A stretch of DNA of 50,440 bases, from IMG/VR virus record IMGVR_UViG_3300033388_005055, positions 1 to 50,440 of that record. One strand, given 5' to 3'. The notes under the pieces are model-generated. The model saw only the letters and a program-made list of their open reading frames with translations. It ran no database searches and was not told the DNA's origin. Made by a program: the position numbers and the translations under genes. Numbering within the stretch: the stretch's first letter is position 1; every line of letters begins with the position of its first letter. Source of the stretch: a virus. Taxonomy: Duplodnaviria; Caudoviricetes. Positions 44,666-50,440 of the stretch are shown in pieces.

Positions 44666-44767
44666 GATCAGGTGGCGCAATTGGTAGCCCTTTGGGGCGA
44701 ACGCACTATGTACCAAACATAGGTTGGTTATCGGTATATCATGCAGGTTCGAGTCCTGCCCTGATCA
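44666..44767 (+). tRNA. Atypical tRNA-like gene (class II/Leu-type body, CCA in the anticodon position, D-loop insertion)
   Basis: Acceptor GATCAGG/CCTGATC plus A; D arm GCG..TTGGTAG..CGC; anticodon arm CTATG-TACCAAA-CATAG; 20-nt variable arm; T arm GCAGG-TTCGAGT-CCTGC. Confidence 0.75.
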
Positions 44768-44796
44768 TATCAAATAATTTTAAGGAGATTATTTTT

Positions 44797-45204
44797 ATGA
44801 ATGAAAATGCATATAGGTCGTGGTGTAAACATCCTGAAAGTGATTCTGAATGGTTCGAATACTTTACGGCTGTAAATGGGATTGAAGATCAAGATCCGTT
44901 GGTTGAGATCGGAAGTCTTGAGCAATATATTAACCGGAAAGATAAAAATGGATCTTATCTTTTTAAGGGAGATATCCTGATAAAAGAATCCGATCATAAA
45001 ATAAGAATTTCCGATGGTGAAAAAATGCCTCAATATTCTTATGAAAAAATAGTAATAGGAGAAGAAAGAGGTTGTTTTACTTATTCGATAATTGAACAGG
45101 AAAACTCTTATTTTGCTGAATTACCATCTAAACCGGAATCAATATGGCATTTGGATTTGTCTCTTTATACACGAATCGGAACTATTCACGAGGTTTCAAA
45201 ATGA
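44797..45204 (+). CDS. YopX-like protein, copy 1
   Basis: EQYINRKDKNG..FKGDIL..IGTIHE; RBS AAGGAG. Confidence 0.75.
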   Translation: MNENAYRSWCKHPESDSEWFEYFTAVNGIEDQDPLVEIGSLEQYINRKDKNGSYLFKGDILIKESDHKIRISDGEKMPQYSYEKIVIGEERGCFTYSIIEQENSYFAELPSKPESIWHLDLSLYTRIGTIHEVSK

Positions 45205-46352
45205 AACTAGAAACCCCAATAGACAATTCAATATCTTCCCTTATCGATAAATACCACGAATCAAAACCAGAACAGCCCAGACCGCACATGGGTGTCTCCC
45301 TTATCGGTAATGAATGTGAACGCTACTTATGGTTAAATTTCAGGTGGAGCGCAGCTCCCGAATTCCCTGGAAGAATATTAAGACTTTTCCGTCGGGGACA
45401 TCTCGAAGAGAATCAGATAATACTCGATCTAAAAAACATCGGAATTCAAGTTACTGATCAACAGAAGAGAGTCAATTTCAATTCTCATGTATCGGGATCC
45501 ATTGATGGTATCATAAAGGGTGGTATCCCCGAAGCTCCAAATACAGAACATCTTCTTGAAATGAAAACCTATAATGATAAGCGGTTTAATACCCTTAAAT
45601 CCAAGGGGGTCGAAAAATCCGATCCGACATATTTTATTCAGTGCCAGGTTTATATGGATGGACTCGGGATAAAAAGAGCTCTGTTTTATGCAGTTAATAA
45701 AAATACTGATGAGATTTACACTGAGAGAATCAAACTGGATAAAGAAGTCTCCAAAAAATATATTGACCGAGCTAAAAGAATCGCTCTTTCGGATAGAATG
45801 CCTCATCCATTATCAACTGATCCGACATTTTTTAAATGCCGACTCTGCTCTAAGAATTGTCAAGATTTTTGTCATAAGACAAATAAAACAAAAAATGTGA
45901 ACTGTCGGACTTGTGCTCATTCTACAGCATTGGGAAATAATACATTTTACTGTGAATTGCATGAAGGTAGTATCCCTTTAGAATACCAGCATGAAGGATG
46001 TCGATCTCACGTGCTGCATTTTGATCTTATTCCATGGGCTGTCAGTGAGGAAGATAGTACAGAAAAAACAGCTTGTTTTATTATAGATGGGAAAAATGTT
46101 CTTAATGGTGAAGAGGGCTTTAGCAGCCTGGAAGTTCTTGAAGGGAAAATTGGTCTGGTTAAATCTGTATTTGAAGGTGCCGAAGTAAAAAGCACTCCCG
46201 AGGGGAAAAGAAGGGAAGAAATAGGAGCGGAGAAAAAAGAAAAATCTGAACCCGTAAAAGAACCAGAACAATTAAATCTTATTGATGATGCATTCAAGAA
46301 GGTGATATCAAAAGAAATTTTAGACCTTTCTAAAGATTTGGAGATTTATTGA
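45201..46352 (+). CDS. Cas4-like PD-(D/E)xK exonuclease with Cys clusters
   Basis: CERYLW..SGSIDG..LLEMKT..QCQVYM..CRLC..C..CRTC. Confidence 0.85.
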   Translation: MKLETPIDNSISSLIDKYHESKPEQPRPHMGVSLIGNECERYLWLNFRWSAAPEFPGRILRLFRRGHLEENQIILDLKNIGIQVTDQQKRVNFNSHVSGSIDGIIKGGIPEAPNTEHLLEMKTYNDKRFNTLKSKGVEKSDPTYFIQCQVYMDGLGIKRALFYAVNKNTDEIYTERIKLDKEVSKKYIDRAKRIALSDRMPHPLSTDPTFFKCRLCSKNCQDFCHKTNKTKNVNCRTCAHSTALGNNTFYCELHEGSIPLEYQHEGCRSHVLHFDLIPWAVSEEDSTEKTACFIIDGKNVLNGEEGFSSLEVLEGKIGLVKSVFEGAEVKSTPEGKRREEIGAEKKEKSEPVKEPEQLNLIDDAFKKVISKEILDLSKDLEIY

Positions 46353-46353
46353 T

Positions 46354-46755
46354 ATGAAAGAAAATGCATATAGATCATGGTGTAAACATCCTGAAAGCGA
46401 TAGTGAATGGTTTGAATACTTTACAGCTATTGAAGGGATTGATAATCTAGATCCTTTGGTAGAAGTAGGTCTCTCCGAACAGTATATTAATCGAAAAGAT
46501 AAAGATGGAACACATCTTTTCGAAGGTGATATTTTATTAAAAGAATCAGACTATAAAATAAGAATTTCAGATGGTGAAAAAATACCTCAATATTCTTATG
46601 AAAAAATAGTAATAGATTCAGAAAAAGGATGTATTTCTTATTCAATAATTGAACAGGAAAACTCTTATTTTGGGGAATTACCTTCTAAGCCTTGTTCTAT
46701 TTGGCATTTGGATTTATCTCTTTTTACTCTTATTGGTAATATTCATGAAACCTAG
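46354..46755 (+). CDS. YopX-like protein, copy 2
   Basis: Gap-free alignment to copy 1 with 27 differences in 133 aa (hand count). Confidence 0.8.
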   Translation: MKENAYRSWCKHPESDSEWFEYFTAIEGIDNLDPLVEVGLSEQYINRKDKDGTHLFEGDILLKESDYKIRISDGEKIPQYSYEKIVIDSEKGCISYSIIEQENSYFGELPSKPCSIWHLDLSLFTLIGNIHET

Positions 46756-48409
46756 ATATTACCAGACTAATGCTGTTAATGAATTATATGAATGGATAAG
46801 ACAGAATAAAGGGGGGAACCCTGTTTTAAATCTCCCTGGTGGAGCTGGAAAGTCTGTTATAATTGCCATGATTTCAAGTGATGCAATAAAGAATTTTCCA
46901 GATATAAGAATATTAATGTTAGTCCATTCTAAAGAATTGGTTTCTCAGAATGCAGAAAAATTAAAACTGGTTTATCCTGATGCTCCTTTAGGTATTTATA
47001 GTGCCAGTCTTAAAAAGAGAGAAATAGGAAAACCGATTCTTTATGCCGGGATTCAATCTGTAAGAAATAGAGCTGTTGAAATTGGTCACATAGATATCTG
47101 TATGATCGATGAAGTGCATTCCGTTAATGATAAAGAAACCGGTGGATATAGAAAATTATTGAGTGCTCTTTCTTTAATAAATCCAGACATGAGAATAATA
47201 GGGCTCTCGGCTTCTCCCTATCGAATGGGATCCGGTCTAATTACTGAAGGTGATACAGCTTTATTCAGTGATATTATTGATCCTATAACCGTTGAAGAAC
47301 TCATGAATGATGGTTATTTATGTAAGCTTAAAAGTAAACATACAAAAGAGAGAATTTCTACTGAAGGGTTGCATCGTCGAGATGGAGATTATATCAAAAA
47401 AGAACTTGCTGAGAAAATAGACATTGAAGATTCTAACCGATCAGTAGTAAGGGAAATGATTTCTTATTCTGAAGGTCGTGAAAGCGTTTTAGTATATTGT
47501 GTCAGCATAGACCACGCTTTACACATAACTGAGTTTTTGAAAGAATTTGGAGAAATCGCCGATTATGTAACTTCAAAAGATACTGACACAATTAGAGATA
47601 ATAAGATTATTGATTTTAAAGAGAAGAAAATAAGGTTTCTATGTAACGTGGGGATTTTAACCACCGGGTTTGATTTCGCTGGAATCGATTGTATTGCAAT
47701 GATCAGACCGACCGCCTCTCCGGGTTTGTATTCTCAAATTTGCTTTCGAGGGACCCGACCTATTTATGCTGATGGTTTTGATTTAGAAACAAAAGAGGGT
47801 AGATTGTCCGCTATTGCTGCCAGTGTAAAACCTGAATGTCTTGTTTTAGATTTTTGTGGAAACGTTGAAGTTCACGGCCCGATTACCGATGTCCGGATCC
47901 CTGGAAGAAAATCAGATGAACCGGGAATACCACCGTCAAAGATTTGTCCTGAATGTGATTCTATTGTTGCAGCTCAATGCCGGGTTTGTCCTGATTGCGG
48001 GAATGTCTTCGATATCCAGAAACAATTAAAAGAATGGAAACTCCACCATGATGATATAATGGGATTACTACCTAAAGAATTAGAGGTTGGAAGCTGGTCA
48101 TGGTCAAAACAGGTATCAAAAAAAAGCGGAATAGAAATGTTGATGGTAAAATATTACGGGACCGCGATCAGTGACAATCCTATTTCTGAATATCTGTGTG
48201 TTATGCATTCCGGATATGCTGGACACCGGGGAATGGAGACTTTAAGAATTATTGCAAAAGAGTCCGGGGTTGATATTATGAAGTATGGGAATCTTGAGGA
48301 ATTGTGTGTTGCTATGACTGCGAGCTGTAAACCGGACATGATAGAATATAAGAAAGATGGCCGATATGATCGGATTGTGAATAGAGCATGGTCGGAGATC
48401 CCGTTTTAA
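46745..48409 (+). CDS. SF2 DEAD/DEAH helicase with Zn finger (RadD/YejH-like)
   Basis: LPGGAGKS, IDEVH, GLSASPYR, LTTGFD, RGTR, CPEC..CPDC. Confidence 0.9.
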   Translation: MKPRYYQTNAVNELYEWIRQNKGGNPVLNLPGGAGKSVIIAMISSDAIKNFPDIRILMLVHSKELVSQNAEKLKLVYPDAPLGIYSASLKKREIGKPILYAGIQSVRNRAVEIGHIDICMIDEVHSVNDKETGGYRKLLSALSLINPDMRIIGLSASPYRMGSGLITEGDTALFSDIIDPITVEELMNDGYLCKLKSKHTKERISTEGLHRRDGDYIKKELAEKIDIEDSNRSVVREMISYSEGRESVLVYCVSIDHALHITEFLKEFGEIADYVTSKDTDTIRDNKIIDFKEKKIRFLCNVGILTTGFDFAGIDCIAMIRPTASPGLYSQICFRGTRPIYADGFDLETKEGRLSAIAASVKPECLVLDFCGNVEVHGPITDVRIPGRKSDEPGIPPSKICPECDSIVAAQCRVCPDCGNVFDIQKQLKEWKLHHDDIMGLLPKELEVGSWSWSKQVSKKSGIEMLMVKYYGTAISDNPISEYLCVMHSGYAGHRGMETLRIIAKESGVDIMKYGNLEELCVAMTASCKPDMIEYKKDGRYDRIVNRAWSEIPF

Positions 48410-48410
48410 T

Positions 48411-48641
48411 ATGGAAAGATTCGATTTTTCAAAAGGACATATTTTTATTCAAAATGGGAATTGGTCTATATTTATGAATGGCGCTGGCAATTGTGGCCGG
48501 TCTAAATATAAGGAAACAGCGATAAAAGAGATTCTGAATCATTGGAAATTAACAGAAGATTTAAAATCTGAATTATCAAAAATATTAAAAATTGAAATAA
48601 AAACTGAAATAAAAATAGGCGAACAATTACAATTATTTTGA
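48411..48641 (+). CDS. Hypothetical protein with a C-terminal QLQLF (beta-clamp-binding-like) motif
   Basis: Ends EQLQLF. Confidence 0.55.
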   Translation: MERFDFSKGHIFIQNGNWSIFMNGAGNCGRSKYKETAIKEILNHWKLTEDLKSELSKILKIEIKTEIKIGEQLQLF

Positions 48642-49204
48642 GGAGTACAACTGTGAGGATTTCAATACTATCAGGAATTATAATCCTATCTATTTCATTA
48701 GGTCTATTAATCGGGGTTTATGTAATTCCAGTTGAATCCGAAACTATTTATATTAATGCCCCTGTATCCTTACCTATGGGCGGGTATGATAAGCCAACAA
48801 TCGTTAAACCGGAAGCGATTACGGAGAGTATAAAAGTCGATCCTGTGGACAATCCGATAATAACTTCAGAAGTAGGTGTGAGGATATCCCCTATAACTGG
48901 ATTGAACTCTATACACTACGCTACGGACATGTATTCAGAAGAGTCTATGAATGTGTACGCGGTGGAGGACGGTGTTGTGGTGCTTCATTATCCGGCTCCT
49001 AATGGGTATTTTAAAGGGCATTCTGTCTATGGTGGATTAATTGAAATACTTCATAATGGCGGGCTGTCAAGGTATGGACATATGAGTGAAACCTATATCC
49101 AAGAGGGAATGAAAGTAAGAGCCGGTGATGTTATCGGACGAATCGGAGATACTGGTTTATCTCGTGGTCTTCATCTTCATTATGAATATTTTATGAAACT
49201 ATAA
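48638..49204 (+). CDS. Membrane-anchored M23 metallopeptidase
   Basis: N-terminal TM helix; HYATD (HxxxD), YGHM, GDVIG..TGLSRGLHLHYE. Confidence 0.9.
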   Translation: MRSTTVRISILSGIIILSISLGLLIGVYVIPVESETIYINAPVSLPMGGYDKPTIVKPEAITESIKVDPVDNPIITSEVGVRISPITGLNSIHYATDMYSEESMNVYAVEDGVVVLHYPAPNGYFKGHSVYGGLIEILHNGGLSRYGHMSETYIQEGMKVRAGDVIGRIGDTGLSRGLHLHYEYFMKL

Positions 49205-49255
49205 ATAAAATTGTGAATAATCCCTGTATAGGGATAAATATATTTTTTTAGGAGA

Positions 49256-49525
49256 ATGAAAATGAATGCAAGTGTAGAAATTCCTAAGTACAAATGTCAC
49301 AAGGAAGTAAGAGCTGCAAAAATCACAGAAATTGAGAGCCATGAAAGCGATGGTACCGGATCTCATACAATGATTTTTGGAGAGATTCAGGGAAAACAAT
49401 TTCTAACTGATGAGTGGAAAGAGAAACATAATCCCGAAGTCGGAGGATATTATGTCGTCTATGAAGATGGTTATACATCTTATTCACCAGCCGAAGCTTT
49501 CGAAGATGGATATACAAAAATATAG
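49256..49525 (+). CDS. Conserved phage protein (GYxVxYxDGYxSxSP motif)
   Basis: YKCHKEVRAAKI..GGYYVVYEDGYTSYSPAEAFEDGY. Confidence 0.75.
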   Translation: MKMNASVEIPKYKCHKEVRAAKITEIESHESDGTGSHTMIFGEIQGKQFLTDEWKEKHNPEVGGYYVVYEDGYTSYSPAEAFEDGYTKI

Positions 49526-49569
49526 GAGAATTGAATTGTGAGTGACGAACTGAAGAAAGAGAAGAAAAT

Positions 49570-50016
49570 GTGATTAACATTAACAGAGAGAATTTACCTG
49601 ATGAGGCACCTTTGGCAGAAATAGAAGAACAGAGACTCCGAAAAAGAAAAGAAGATCAGGTCATTGAAAAATTGACCAGACTTCGAGACCGTGTTCTTTC
49701 AATCAAAAGAGTCATTGAAGAGGATCAGTTTATCGAGATCTTTGTAAAACCGATTCGGGGCAATATTGCAGAGATTAAAGATTTTCTTGAAGTTGCTGAT
49801 AAACCCAGAGACATTGCTATGAGTCAGGGAAAATTGAAAGCTTACAGAAAAATGCTGAATTTCCCTGAAACTGCCTGTAATTCTCTTGCTGAAGAATGTA
49901 GAGATATCGAAAGAGACCTTCCTCTTTTCTATGGCGAAAATGAGATGGTCAAAGAATGTCGGAAATTCCGATGGGATCAGAAGAAATATAAAATCTTTAC
50001 TGATTATTCGGAATAG
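49570..50016 (+). CDS. Hypothetical helical protein
   Basis: 148-aa ORF before a terminator. Confidence 0.6.
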   Translation: MININRENLPDEAPLAEIEEQRLRKRKEDQVIEKLTRLRDRVLSIKRVIEEDQFIEIFVKPIRGNIAEIKDFLEVADKPRDIAMSQGKLKAYRKMLNFPETACNSLAEECRDIERDLPLFYGENEMVKECRKFRWDQKKYKIFTDYSE

Positions 50017-50046
50017 GAAAAGCAAAGAAAGAATTCTTTTATTATG

Positions 50047-50074
50047 AAAGACTCCTTAACGGGAGTCTTTTTTT
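50047..50074 (+). terminator. Intrinsic terminator
   Basis: AAAGACTCC-ttaacg-GGAGTCTTT followed by TTTT. Confidence 0.9.
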
Positions 50075-50097
50075 ATTGAAAAGATAGAAAGAATAGT

Positions 50098-50126
50098 TTG
50101 CATAATATAAGGGATAGATATATAAT
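50098..50126 (+). promoter_or_regulatory. Sigma70 promoter for the operon crossing the junction (50149 to 2482)
   Basis: TTGCAT(50098)-17-TATAAT(50121). Confidence 0.75.
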
Positions 50127-50148
50127 GATTATTAAGGAGAATAAAATT

Positions 50149-50409
50149 ATGTGTAAATGTTTTGATGATACTAAAGAGAAGATTGTAGAAAAGATTAAGG
50201 AAACTTTACCAGAACATACAGAGTTTGATGGTAGATGGAAAAATAGAGTATTCTTTTTTGGTGAAAATCCTCCCACAATACCTGTAATTATTCCATTTGA
50301 ATACTTTTATAGAGAGGTTAAGGTAGATGGATCTCCATATAAAAAAATGACAAACAGTATAATGAATGTGACTATGAGCTACTGTCCTTTATGTGGTGTA
50401 AAATCATGA
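50149..50409 (+). CDS. Zn-binding hypothetical protein
   Basis: MCKC...SYCPLCG; RBS AAGGAG. Confidence 0.75.
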   Translation: MCKCFDDTKEKIVEKIKETLPEHTEFDGRWKNRVFFFGENPPTIPVIIPFEYFYREVKVDGSPYKKMTNSIMNVTMSYCPLCGVKS

Positions 50410-50440
50410 CCTTCGCAGAAAAACTAATTGAATACCGGAA
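50327..50440. repeat. Terminal direct repeat, right copy
   Basis: Identical to 1-114. Confidence 0.95.

Noticed and set aside
44692-44796. N-terminal extension of ORF 44692-45204
   Set aside because: It overlaps the tRNA-like gene; the paralog and the RBS place the start at 44797
45201-46352. Cas4-like gene as part of a CRISPR-Cas system
   Set aside because: No repeat-spacer array or other cas genes seen; it sits in a standard Sak4-SSB-nuclease-helicase module
44797-46755. YopX duplicates as a DGR template/variable repeat pair
   Set aside because: Differences are not adenine-specific, many are synonymous, and no reverse transcriptase is encoded
50095-50122. dif-like site (AGTTTGCATAA XerC-like arm)
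   Set aside because: No XerD arm, and the sequence is explained by the TTGCAT-17-TATAAT promoter
1-50440. Stop-codon reassignment linked to the odd tRNA-like gene
   Set aside because: Core genes are full length in the standard code, and TAA, TAG and TGA are all used as stops

Overview
This window is a complete, circularly permuted dsDNA tailed-phage genome. Bases 1-114 repeat exactly at 50327-50440, giving a unit length of about 50,326 bp. It is AT-rich and reads in the standard code. The morphogenesis genes lie on the minus strand: terminase, portal, head, neck, contractile sheath and tube, a tail chaperone with a -1 frameshift, a short tape measure, baseplate and fibre. There is a diderm-type lysis cassette (M15 peptidase endolysin, holin-like proteins, two-component spanin). 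A divergent replication module encodes a Toprim primase-helicase, a Sak4-like ATPase, a DUF669 SSB, a Cas4-like nuclease, an SF2 helicase and a VRR-NUC protein. I see no integrase, partition system or CRISPR array. A spirochaete host is an unverified guess. The most unusual elements are: (1) a strand-specific structured RNA with two long-range loop pairings and a terminator between the terminase genes; (2) an aberrant tRNA-like gene with a leucine-type body, CCA in the anticodon position and an extra D-loop hairpin; (3) about six small cassettes, each with a near-consensus sigma70 promoter and its own small DNA-binding protein, mostly with an overlapping repeat, resembling Aca-type autoregulated anti-defence operons; (4) a membrane-anchored LuxR-type regulator divergent from the lysis genes; (5) HTH-PLD nuclease and Lar-FtsK-gamma fusions; (6) a Tad2/DUF2829-like sponge inside the tail operon. 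All family calls come from motif recognition by eye, not from database searches.
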